Positions 33,664 to 43,635 of a stretch of 48,790 bases of DNA are shown here, piece after piece. Below the pieces are notes generated by a model. The model was not told the origin of the DNA, did no database searches, and saw only the letters and a list, made by a program, of their open reading frames with translations. The DNA lies in contig JAQTNG010000002.1 in the NCBI GenBank assembly GCA_028714015.1, positions 1 to 48,790 on the forward strand, written 5' to 3'. The stretch comes from Elusimicrobiota bacterium (GTDB lineage Bacteria; Elusimicrobiota; Elusimicrobia; UBA1565; UBA9628). The position numbers and the translations under genes are program-made. Positions within the stretch are counted from its first letter, which is position 1; each line of letters starts with the position of its first letter.

Positions 33664-33731
33664 AGTGTCAGGCCTAACAATTCGCCTCCCCCGCCCGCAG
33701 GAGAATTCGACGAATTGTTAGGCCTGACACT
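33664..33731. promoter_or_regulatory. Perfect 21-bp inverted repeat (26-bp spacer) in a divergent promoter region
   Basis: AGTGTCAGGCCTAACAATTCG (33664-33684) is the exact reverse complement of 33711-33731. Each arm contains CTGACA, spaced 17-18 nt from an outward-facing -10 box (TATACT on the minus strand at 33647-33642; TAACAT at 33747-33752). Confidence 0.6.
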
Positions 33732-33758
33732 CGCCGTTTTCTTTGTTAACATGGTCGG

Positions 33759-34139
33759 ATGGACACCGACGACGTGCTGGCCCTCGTGGGACGTTTGTTC
33801 GTGGCCATCATTTTCCTCGCGTCGGCGTTCGGCAAGATCACCAATTTCGACGGAACCCTTCTGTTCATGGAATCGCACGGCATGCCCTTCGCCCCCGTTC
33901 TGTGCGTCGGAGCGATCCTCGTGGAATCGCTCGGAGCCGTGGCGATCATCCTCGGCTACAAGACCCGGTGGGGGGCGGCGGGCCTCGCCGCCTTCCTCGT
34001 CGCGGCGACCTGGATCTTCCACACCGCCCCCGATCAGCGCATTCAGCTCCTGAAAAACCTCGCGATCCTGGGCGGGCTCTTCAGCCTCATCGCCCAGGGC
34101 CCGGGCGGCATCAGCCTCGAGGGCGGGGGCAAGTCTTGA
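33759..34139 (+). CDS. DoxX-family membrane protein
   Basis: The 126-aa protein has four hydrophobic helices, including 'GRLFVAIIFLASAFGKI' and 'ILGYKTRWGAAGLAAFL'. Confidence 0.75.
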   Translation: MDTDDVLALVGRLFVAIIFLASAFGKITNFDGTLLFMESHGMPFAPVLCVGAILVESLGAVAIILGYKTRWGAAGLAAFLVAATWIFHTAPDQRIQLLKNLAILGGLFSLIAQGPGGISLEGGGKS

Positions 34140-35872
34140 GCAAGGAAAAAGCGGCCCACCAGGTTCTCGCCCGCAAATACCGTCCGCAGGGCTTCGAGGA
34201 GCTCGTCGGCCAGCCCGCCGTCTCGCAGACGCTCTCCAACGCGCTGACGGCCAAGCGCGTCCACCACGCCTACCTGTTCACCGGCCCGCGCGGCTGCGGC
34301 AAGACGACCACGGCCCGCATTCTCGCGAAGGGCCTCAACTGCGAGAAGGGGCCGACGCCGGCGCCCTGCGACGAGTGCGCGTCCTGCCGAGAGATCGCGC
34401 TGTCCTCCAGCCTCGACGTGCTCGAGATGGACGCCGCGTCGCACACCGGCGTCGACGACGTGCGCGAGGTGATCATCGAGACCGTCGCGCTCGCCCCGAC
34501 GCGCGACCGCTACAAGGTCTTCATCATCGACGAGGCGCACATGCTCTCGAACTCGGCGTTCAACGCCCTGCTCAAGACCATCGAGGAGCCGCCGCCGCAC
34601 GTCGTGTTCATACTCGCCACGACCGAGGTGCACAAGATTCCCGCGACGATCGCCTCCCGCTGCCAGCGCTTCAAGTTCCGGCCGGTCGCGCCCGACCTGC
34701 TGGCCGGCCACCTCGCCTCCATCGCCAAGAAGGAGAAGGTCGCCGTCGAGCCCGAGGCGCTCGACCTGCTCTCGCGCGCGGCCGAGGGCTCGCTGCGCGA
34801 CGCGGTGAGCCTCCTCGACCAGTGCCGGTCGGTCGGCGAGGGCAAGGTCACGGTCGAGTCCGTGCGCGAGATGTTCGGCTTCGTTCCTCAAGATTTGCTG
34901 ATCGGCGTCGCGGGCGCCCTCCTCGCGCGCGACCCCAAGGCGCTCGCGGGCTGGCTCAAGAAGATTTATGAGGAAGGCGTGGAGCCCGCGCAGCTGCTCA
35001 AGGACCTGCGCGCGGCGATCGAGGGCGTGTACCTCGTCAAGCTCGGCGCGGGCGAGCCCGTCGACGCGCTTTGGACCAAGGCGCTGGCGGGCGCGTCGGC
35101 CGACGGCCTCGGCTTCCTTCTGCGCCGCCTCAATCGCGCGCTCGAGGAGCTCCGCTACGGCGACTCCCCGCGCCTGGCGCTCGAGCTGGGACTGTTCTCC
35201 GCGATCGAGGCCGCGCACGACCTCGGCGCCTGGGTGGCGCGACTCGAGGCGCTCGAGAAGCGCCTCGCCGCCGGCGGCGGCGGCAGCGGGCTGTCGCCCG
35301 CGCCTTCTCTCGCCGCGCCCCGTCAGGCGCCGGCGGCGTCTCTCGACGAGATGGACGAATCGGAGCCCGAGGACGAGCTTGCTCCATCGGCCGGCCCCGC
35401 GTCCAGGAACCCCGGGCCGGCGATTACGCCGCCCCGTGAACCGGCCCCCGGCGGCTCCATCGCCTGGCCCGCGCTCATCGAGGCCGTTTCCAAGGAGAAG
35501 ATCACGCTCGGCTCCGCGCTCGAGAAGGGCCGCGGCGAGCCGCTGCCCGGCGGCGGCTACCGGATCCTATTCGCGAAGAACTTCGACCTCGACATGGCGA
35601 AGCGCTCGGCGGCGGTGCTCGAGGCCGCCCTCGCGCGCCTGGCCGGCCGCCCGGTGGCTCTCGAGCTCGCGCTGGGCGCGGCCGACGCCGCTCCCGCGGG
35701 CGACATCGTCGACCGCGGCATGCCCGCGCCCGCGCCCGGCGCGGACGCTCCGCCCGGCACGCGCTGGAAGGACATCGGCGAGGGCGCTTCGGGCGGCGGA
35801 GCCGGCGGCCTCAAGAACGCCGAGGGCGTGTTCGGCGGCAAGGCGCGGATCATCAAGAAAAACGCGCCATGA
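34136..35872 (+). CDS. dnaX: DNA polymerase III subunit gamma/tau
   Basis: Motifs 'QVLARKYRPQGFEELVGQ', Walker A 'GPRGCGKTT', the zinc module 'CEKGPTPAPCDECASC', 'FIIDEAHML' and 'ASRCQRF' are present. The only plausible start is TTG at 34136, which overlaps the doxX stop (TTGA). Confidence 0.9.
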   Translation: MSKEKAAHQVLARKYRPQGFEELVGQPAVSQTLSNALTAKRVHHAYLFTGPRGCGKTTTARILAKGLNCEKGPTPAPCDECASCREIALSSSLDVLEMDAASHTGVDDVREVIIETVALAPTRDRYKVFIIDEAHMLSNSAFNALLKTIEEPPPHVVFILATTEVHKIPATIASRCQRFKFRPVAPDLLAGHLASIAKKEKVAVEPEALDLLSRAAEGSLRDAVSLLDQCRSVGEGKVTVESVREMFGFVPQDLLIGVAGALLARDPKALAGWLKKIYEEGVEPAQLLKDLRAAIEGVYLVKLGAGEPVDALWTKALAGASADGLGFLLRRLNRALEELRYGDSPRLALELGLFSAIEAAHDLGAWVARLEALEKRLAAGGGGSGLSPAPSLAAPRQAPAASLDEMDESEPEDELAPSAGPASRNPGPAITPPREPAPGGSIAWPALIEAVSKEKITLGSALEKGRGEPLPGGGYRILFAKNFDLDMAKRSAAVLEAALARLAGRPVALELALGAADAAPAGDIVDRGMPAPAPGADAPPGTRWKDIGEGASGGGAGGLKNAEGVFGGKARIIKKNAP

Positions 35873-36456
35873 AAGCCTTCGAGCGCCTGATCGGAGCGTT
35901 GAAGCGCCTTCCGGGCGTCGGACCCAAGCAGGCCGAGCGCTTCGCGATCCACCTGATCCGCGCGCCGCGCACCGAGGTCGAAGGCTTCGTCGACGCGCTG
36001 CGCGAGGCGAAGGCCTCGATGCGCCTGTGCGCGCGCTGCGGCGACTTCACGGATAAGGAAATTTGCCGGCTTTGTTCCGACCCGGCGCGCGACGCGAGCC
36101 TCATCTGCGTCGTCGAGGAAACCCAGGACCTGGCCGCGCTCGAGCGCTCGCGCGCCTTCAACGGCCTCTACCACGTCCTCCACGGCTCTCTGTCCCCGCT
36201 CGAAGGAATCGGCCCCGACCGCATCAAGGCCAAGGAACTCGTCGAGCGCGTGCGCGCCGGCGGCGTGAGCGAGATCGTGCTCGCCACCGATCCCGACACC
36301 GAGGGCGAGGCGACCGCCCTGTATCTCGCCCAAATTTTAAAGCCCTTCCCGGTCAAGATCACGCGCATCGCCCACGGCGTGCCGCTGGGGGGCGACCTCG
36401 ATTACCTCGACGAGCGCACGCTGTCCTACGCTCTGTCGGGACGGCGCGAGGTCTAG
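35869..36456 (+). CDS. recR: Recombination protein RecR
   Basis: Motifs 'LPGVGPKQAERFA', the zinc finger 'CARCG..CRLC' and the Toprim motif 'ATDPDTEGEATALY' are present. The ATG overlaps the dnaX stop (ATGA). Confidence 0.93.
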   Translation: MKAFERLIGALKRLPGVGPKQAERFAIHLIRAPRTEVEGFVDALREAKASMRLCARCGDFTDKEICRLCSDPARDASLICVVEETQDLAALERSRAFNGLYHVLHGSLSPLEGIGPDRIKAKELVERVRAGGVSEIVLATDPDTEGEATALYLAQILKPFPVKITRIAHGVPLGGDLDYLDERTLSYALSGRREV

Positions 36457-36464
36457 GAGACATC

Positions 36465-37849
<1,385 letters not shown>

Positions 37850-37853
<4 letters not shown>

Positions 37854-39367
37854 AACTGATCCTTCTGCCGCTGCTGCTTTGCGCCGCCGCCGTTTTCGCG
37901 CAGGAAGAAGCGCCCGCGCCGGCCCCGGCCGCGCCCGCGGCCGAGGTCGCCGAGGCGAAGCCCGCCGCGCCGGCCGCGGTCGTCGCGAAGGAAGAACCGA
38001 AAGCGCCGCCGCGCCCCTCGATGCTCGACGACAAGAAGCCGGAGCCGAAAGAGGACGCCAAGCCCGAGCCGGAGCCGAAGCCGGAGCCGAAGCCGAAGCC
38101 GGAGCCGAAGCCGGAGCCGAAGCCGGAGCCGAAGCCGGAGCCGAAGCCCGAGCCGAAGCCGGTCCCCGCGCCGGCCGCCAAGGCCACCGGCCCCGACGAG
38201 GAATTCGCGTTCGCGAAGGCCGCGGCCGAGGACGCGGACGGCAAGATCCAGGAAGCCGCGATGGAGGAGCTCGCCGTGTTCGTGCGCCGCTACCCCGCCT
38301 CCGAGCAGGCGCCCGAGGCCATGCTGCTCCTCGCCGGCCTCAAGCAGAAGAACGGAGACTGGCAGCCCGCGACCGCCTCCCTTCTCCGCCTCCTTTATGA
38401 GTACCCGGACACGAAGATCGGCCTGAGCGCGAAGTCCGACTTCCTGACCTTGGTCGACAAGAAGGCGTCGCGCCGTCACCGCCCGATCCTGAACGAGCTC
38501 GTCAAGCTGCCCGAGACCTCCGACAAGGCCGACCGCCTATCCGCGCTCTGGCAGAAGATCGCGCAGCTGGCGCCCGACGCCCTGTACGAGCCCGTCGCCG
38601 CCGAGATCCGCGACTTCACCGTGCGCTTCCCCGGCCACAAGGACGGCGACAAGCTCCAGGCGGCGCTCGCGCGCCTGCACGCGGCCAACGACAAGCCCGC
38701 CGCGGCGCTTCTGTCGTGGCGCAAGCTGCTCGCGCTGTACCCGGAGAGCCCCGTCCGCCCGCAGGCGCAGATGGCGATCGGCGATCTGTACGCCGACTCG
38801 CTGCGCGACCCGAAGAAGGCGATCGACGCGTATCAGGAGCTCGTCGAGAAGTACCCGAAGGCGCCCGAGGTCCAGGCGGCGCTCGAGAACTCGGCCCGGC
38901 TCTTCGACGACAAGCTGCGCCAGTACGCGCTCGCCGTCGAGATGCACGAGCGGATCGTGAAGCTGTTCCCGAAGACGCCCGCCTCGCTGAAGGCCCTCAA
39001 GGCGATCGCCAAGCTCCAGCGCGACCGCCTCAACGCGTCGGACGACGCGGTGAAGACGTTGATGCGCCTGTCCTCCATGCACGGCGGCCAGGACGGCGTC
39101 GACGCGCTGCTGCAGGCGGCGGAGTACGCTCGCCGCGACCTGAAGGACTACGCGCGCCAGGCCGAACTCCTGCGCAAGGTGTCCGACGACTACGCGGGCG
39201 CCAAGGAAGCTCCTCAGGCCCTGTACGACGCCGCCGGCGTCTACGAGGACTCGCTCAAGGACAACGCCAAGGCGATCGAATTGTACAAGGAAGTCGGGAC
39301 CAAATTCCCGTCCCACAAGCTCGCCAAGCGCGGCGCCGACCGGGCCGCCAAGCTTGACGGTAAATAG
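37850..39367 (+). CDS. Secreted protein with a (P-E/K) repeat linker and TPR/YbgF-like helical repeats
   Basis: The ATG at 37850 overlaps the upstream stop (ATGA). The signal peptide is 'MKLILLPLLLCAAAVFA'. The repeat reads 'KPEPEPKPEPKPKPEPKPEPKP...'. Several repeats of the type 'YPxxxxAPEA' are present. Confidence 0.7.
38060..38161 (+). repeat. In-frame tandem repeat, about 8 copies of the 12-nt unit GAGCCGAAGCCG (EPKP)
   Basis: Direct reading of 38060-38161 gives near-perfect 12-nt periodicity with one 6-nt variant. Confidence 0.9.
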
Positions 39368-39420
39368 TTTCTCTTGAAAATAGGGGCGACGGCATAGTCT
39401 TCGCGGTCTCGTCTTGACCC

Positions 39421-42018
39421 TTGAGTTCCTTCCTTCCCACCACGACGGCGCGGTCTATCTCCTGGCGGACGGCCCTGGCGGGCGTGCTCATCGCGGTTTC
39501 CGCGCTGCGCATCGCCGCGGTTGTCGGGGAAATGAGGTCGGATCGCGTCCTGGATATTTACTGTACGGCCGGGACGGACTTTAACGCGGAGGGCGGCGAA
39601 GCCCTCTTTCACGGCGTTAAAGGACGCGTCTCCTGGAGCATGCCGGCCTATAGCGTGGCCGGCGCTCTCATCTGTCACGGGAAATCCCCGGAAGAGATCC
39701 TGGCGCTTCCGGCGGCGGCGGTATTCCTCTGCGCGCTTCTTGTTTTTGGCATCGGCGCCCTTCTGTCCGATGTCTTGGGCGCGGCGGCCGGCCTCGCGGC
39801 CTACGCCTTCCTCGCGGCGGGCCCGGATTCGTTTCGCGAGCGCTGGCTCTTCACCCTGGGCGTCGCGCTGACGGCTTTCCTGCTGGTTTGGCGAGCCCGC
39901 TCGCCCTCTCCGGCCAAGACCGTGCTGCTGGCGGCAAGCATCGGTCTGAGCATGAACATCCTTTCTCCCCTCTTCCTTCTGCCGCCTCTTCTGGCGCTCT
40001 GGGACGGCTTGATCACCGGAGCTCGATCGCCCGTCCGGGCGCGCCTCAGGGAGAGCGCCATCCTCCTGTTCGTTCCATACTTATTCCTGCTGCCGTGGAT
40101 CTCCATGAATTGGCGGCTTGGACACGGCTTCGTGCCCTTCGAGAATGGACGGGCGGACTACAATGTGATCACGGGAGCGTTGGGCTTCGCGAAAACATTA
40201 GTCTGCGAACCGCGGCAGTTGGCGGGGATTTCTTCCGACCAAAGCGTTCTCTCTTGGGCCATCGGCGAGGCGGCCCGCCATCCCGTCAGGTTTCTTCTGG
40301 CCTTCTTCGCTCGGCTTTGGTACGCCTTCAAGCTCCAGCCAATTCTCTTGCTGGCATGCCTGCCTCTATGGGCGAGGGCGGGGACCGCGCGTCGGCTTCT
40401 CGGGCTGCTGATCGCCTACTACTTGGCGGTCCACTGCCTCATGTCGGCTGAAGCCCGCTATTTCACGCCGCTGTGGCCCGTCGCGGCGGCGGGGGCGGGC
40501 TGTTTGGCCTCGTGGCGGAGCCGGCCTGCGTCGATCAAGCTTCCCTGGCCGCGCTGGGTGGCCGGTCTGTCTTTTATCCCGATGGCGGGGTTGACGTTGT
40601 TCGCCATGGGGCTTGCGTTGGCCTATCCGACACGAGCGGCCGATCCCGGGATGATCGACCGGCAAATCGAGCGGTATCCGCAAGATTCCTGGCTTTGGTC
40701 CGAACGGGGCCTCCAACGTCTGCGCGACGGCAAGCTCGATGAAGCCGTCGGCGATCTGGCGAAAGCGCAGGGACTTAATCCCGATTCCAATGAACGACGG
40801 CTTAACTTGGCCGTCGCCAAATTCATCCGCGGACGATCGGATGCGAATCTTATCTTTTCCCTTCCGTTTCCGCGAAATCCCATGCGCCTTCACCTTCTTC
40901 GCGCCCTCTGCCGTCTGAGCCTGGGCCGCGGCGCGGCGGCGCTTCCGGAACTGGAACTTGCAGGACAATTCAAGAGGAGCCGGTCTCCCGTAAACGAGAT
41001 GGAGCGTCGGGCGTTCATCGCGAATTATTTAATTCCGGAAATCCGCTTGTGGCCGGCCGTTCAGCGGGCCGCGATCATTTCGGCCTTGCGCGAACTCTCG
41101 AAAAACGGGCCCTTTCTGGACGACGATCAAATCGCCGGCCTTTATTTCGACGAGGCGCTGGCGGCGGCCGAGGCGGGGCAGACCCGGCAGGCAAGGCTGT
41201 TCCTGCGAATAATCCAGGAAGCCGCCGAAACCGGGAAATCCGAAGTCCATTATGTCGACACGATGCGCGGCCTGGCCGGAGTCGCGCTCAGGATCGGCGA
41301 CCGGGACGCGGCCCTGAAAGCTCAGCGCCGGCTGGTCCGGCACAGGCCCAAGGAGGCGCAAGCCTTGCTGGACCTGGCCCAGCTTGAAATAGAGGCCGGA
41401 CACGTCGTGCAGGCGCGATTTTTCATGGCCCGCGCGCGACAGGAAGGCGTCGAAAGCCTCTCGCCGCGGCAAGCGGCGAGCGTCCATCGGAGCCTCGGCG
41501 AGCCGGGTCAAGCCGCGCGGCTGCTGGAGAGCCTCGTCGCCGCCGATCCCCAAGACGGCTCTCTTTTAATGGAACTGGCCGAAAGTTGCGCCCAGGCCGG
41601 CCTCATCCGGCAGGCGCTGGAACACATGGAAGGCTCCCTGCGCCTCGACGGCTCGACGCGGAATCTCAGCCGGGCGGTCCACGTCCTCACCGGCCTGCGC
41701 GAGTTCGACCGGGCGCTGGAGATCGTCGGCTCCTTGATCCTCCGGGAGCCGGGGGCCGCCGCGCACCGCAACGACAGGGCCGTGCTTCTCCTGCTCACGG
41801 GGCGCAAGAGCGAGGCGGAGGCCGAACTCCGGGAAGCCATCTTCCTCGGCTCGGACCATGCCGACGCCTATCTGTCCTTGGGGTCGCTTTTGGCCTCGCA
41901 AGGAAGGAAAAGCGAGGCCGTGAAACTCTACGACCGGGCCTTGGCGCAGGAGGAGATCCGAGGCGATCAGGCGGTCCTGCGCCTGATTCGGGCGGGCCGC
42001 GCGGAGGCGTCGCGGTGA
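39421..42018 (+). CDS. Polytopic membrane protein (about 11-13 TM helices) with a C-terminal TPR array; the architecture resembles GT-C glycosyltransferases
   Basis: The N-terminal ~400 aa consist of hydrophobic helices (for example 'AAVFLCALLVFGIGALL' and 'LLGLLIAYYLAVHCLM'). The C-terminal ~450 aa are TPR-like. The start is uncertain: TTG at 39421 without a clear RBS. Confidence 0.6.
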   Translation: MSSFLPTTTARSISWRTALAGVLIAVSALRIAAVVGEMRSDRVLDIYCTAGTDFNAEGGEALFHGVKGRVSWSMPAYSVAGALICHGKSPEEILALPAAAVFLCALLVFGIGALLSDVLGAAAGLAAYAFLAAGPDSFRERWLFTLGVALTAFLLVWRARSPSPAKTVLLAASIGLSMNILSPLFLLPPLLALWDGLITGARSPVRARLRESAILLFVPYLFLLPWISMNWRLGHGFVPFENGRADYNVITGALGFAKTLVCEPRQLAGISSDQSVLSWAIGEAARHPVRFLLAFFARLWYAFKLQPILLLACLPLWARAGTARRLLGLLIAYYLAVHCLMSAEARYFTPLWPVAAAGAGCLASWRSRPASIKLPWPRWVAGLSFIPMAGLTLFAMGLALAYPTRAADPGMIDRQIERYPQDSWLWSERGLQRLRDGKLDEAVGDLAKAQGLNPDSNERRLNLAVAKFIRGRSDANLIFSLPFPRNPMRLHLLRALCRLSLGRGAAALPELELAGQFKRSRSPVNEMERRAFIANYLIPEIRLWPAVQRAAIISALRELSKNGPFLDDDQIAGLYFDEALAAAEAGQTRQARLFLRIIQEAAETGKSEVHYVDTMRGLAGVALRIGDRDAALKAQRRLVRHRPKEAQALLDLAQLEIEAGHVVQARFFMARARQEGVESLSPRQAASVHRSLGEPGQAARLLESLVAADPQDGSLLMELAESCAQAGLIRQALEHMEGSLRLDGSTRNLSRAVHVLTGLREFDRALEIVGSLILREPGAAAHRNDRAVLLLLTGRKSEAEAELREAIFLGSDHADAYLSLGSLLASQGRKSEAVKLYDRALAQEEIRGDQAVLRLIRAGRAEASR

Positions 42019-42078
42019 CGCGGACGCTTAAGTAGTTTTACCGATTTCGCCGAACCGGGCGAAGGGGCATACTGGGGC

Positions 42079-42528
42079 ATGGTGAATAACCCCGACCTCT
42101 ACCGCCGGGTCTTCTCGAGCCACCCCCACGCGACCATCGTGTTCGGCCTCATGGACGGCCTTATCGAGGACGTCAACGACGCCGCGCTCGCGCTCTACGG
42201 CTACGCCCGCTCGGAGATGCTCGGGCTGCCGTTCTCGGCGCTCTCCGCGGAGCCGGAGGCGATATTGCACAAGCGCAAGGACGGCTCGGTGCTCTCGATC
42301 GAGGCGCACCGCACGACGATGAACATCGACGGCCGCGAGGTCGGCGTCGCGGTGATCCGCGAAATTCCCGCCGCGCGGGATCTGGGCGGCATCCTGGCCT
42401 TGATCCTCGGCCTCGCCGAGACGGCGATCAGGGCCCTGCCCCGGACCGATCCCGCGCGCCCGGACCTCGAGGAGGCCCGGCGTCTGGTCCTGCTCGCGGC
42501 GAAGGCCTCGGCGCCGCTTAAGGCCTGA
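42079..42528 (+). CDS. Stand-alone PAS-domain protein
   Basis: 'IEDVNDAALALYGYARSEMLGLPFSAL' and 'KRKDGSVLSIEAHRTTMNIDGREVGVAVIREI' indicate a PAS fold. A short helical tail follows. Confidence 0.65.
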   Translation: MVNNPDLYRRVFSSHPHATIVFGLMDGLIEDVNDAALALYGYARSEMLGLPFSALSAEPEAILHKRKDGSVLSIEAHRTTMNIDGREVGVAVIREIPAARDLGGILALILGLAETAIRALPRTDPARPDLEEARRLVLLAAKASAPLKA

Positions 42529-42548
42529 AAGCCCGGCGCCGCGCCCAC

Positions 42549-42577
42549 TTGAGGGGGGGCTCTCTATTTCCTAGAAT
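42549..42577 (+). promoter_or_regulatory. Candidate sigma70-type promoter TTGAGG-N17-TAGAAT
   Basis: The -35 is at 42549-42554 and the -10 at 42572-42577. The predicted TSS is around 42584/42585, which coincides with the ATG at 42585. Confidence 0.4.
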
Positions 42578-42584
42578 GGCCGCG

Positions 42585-43634
42585 ATGCCCACCGCCAAAT
42601 CGTCCGCCAAAGCCCCGGCCGCCGCCGACCCGTACAAGAAGCTCGGCACCGCCAAGCTTCTCAAGATCCACGAGCTGATGGTCCGCGCCCGCCTGCTGGA
42701 AGAGCGCCTCATCAAGATGAGCAAGGGCGGCGACGGCTTCTTCTGGATCGGCGGCCCCGGCGAGGAGGCCTTCAACGTGCCCCTCGGCCTGCAGGTCAAG
42801 AAGGGCCACGGCGTGAATTTCGACTTCCTGCACCTGCATTACCGCTCGGCCGCCGTCGTCCTGGCGCTGGGCGCCAAGCCGATCGACGCGATCCGCCAGA
42901 TGCGCTCGGTCGGGACCGACCCGTACTCCAAGGGCCGCAATTTCGTCAACCACTACGCGATCCCGGAGTTCAACGTCGTCCCGGTCTCGCCGACGATCGA
43001 GACGCAGTACTCGACGTCGATCGGCACCGGCATCGCCCAGGCCCGGGCCAAGACCGACGCGATCACCGTCGTCAACGGCGGCGACGCCGGCACGGCCGAG
43101 GGCGATTTCCACTCCTGCCTCGTGTGGGCCAACCGCCCCGCGCTCCCGCTTCCCATCCTGATCGTCGTCGTCAACAACGGCTACGGCATCTCGACGGAGA
43201 TGCGCACGCAGCACGGGGAGAAGAACATCTCCGACTGGGCCAAGGTGTTCCCGGACATGCCGGGCAAGACCATCAACGGCAACGACGTGCTCGAGTCCTG
43301 GACGGCGCTCGAGGAGGCGTTCTCCTACGTGCGCAGGAACCGCAAGCCCTATCTGCTCGAGGTCAAGGCGAGCCGGCTTTACGGCCACTCCTCGTCCTCC
43401 GGCGCCAACCGCATCCCCGAGGCGGACTGCATCGAGATGCTCGAGTCGAAAATGACCCAGCTCGGCCTCGCGAAGGCCGCCGATTTCAAGAAGACCTGGG
43501 ACGCCGAGGCGGCGGCGATCGACGCGGCGCACAAGCAGGTCCAGGCCGAGCCTTTCCCCGCCGTCGAGACCGTCTGGGAAGACGTGTTCGCCGACGGCCT
43601 CCCGCCGTCGTATCCGACGAAGGGAGGCAGCTGA
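42585..43634 (+). CDS. 2-oxoacid dehydrogenase E1 component alpha subunit (TPP-binding)
   Basis: The TPP motif 'NGGDAGTAEGDF..VVVNNGYGIST' and 'RLYGHSSS' are present. Alternative starts are ATG at 42576 and TTG at 42549. Confidence 0.85.
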   Translation: MPTAKSSAKAPAAADPYKKLGTAKLLKIHELMVRARLLEERLIKMSKGGDGFFWIGGPGEEAFNVPLGLQVKKGHGVNFDFLHLHYRSAAVVLALGAKPIDAIRQMRSVGTDPYSKGRNFVNHYAIPEFNVVPVSPTIETQYSTSIGTGIAQARAKTDAITVVNGGDAGTAEGDFHSCLVWANRPALPLPILIVVVNNGYGISTEMRTQHGEKNISDWAKVFPDMPGKTINGNDVLESWTALEEAFSYVRRNRKPYLLEVKASRLYGHSSSSGANRIPEADCIEMLESKMTQLGLAKAADFKKTWDAEAAAIDAAHKQVQAEPFPAVETVWEDVFADGLPPSYPTKGGS

Positions 43635-43635
43635 C

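Noticed and set aside
33664-33731. The 21-bp inverted repeat might have been a transcription terminator or a MITE.
   Set aside because: The flanking genes diverge from it, so it cannot terminate either of them, and there is no U-tract. I saw no target-site duplication and no second copy in the window. A MITE cannot be fully excluded without the whole genome, so I kept it as a finding with that caveat.
38060-38161. The regular short tandem repeat might have been a CRISPR-like array.
   Set aside because: The period is only 12 nt, there are no unique spacers, and the repeat is in frame inside a CDS encoding (PEPK)n. No cas genes are present in the window.
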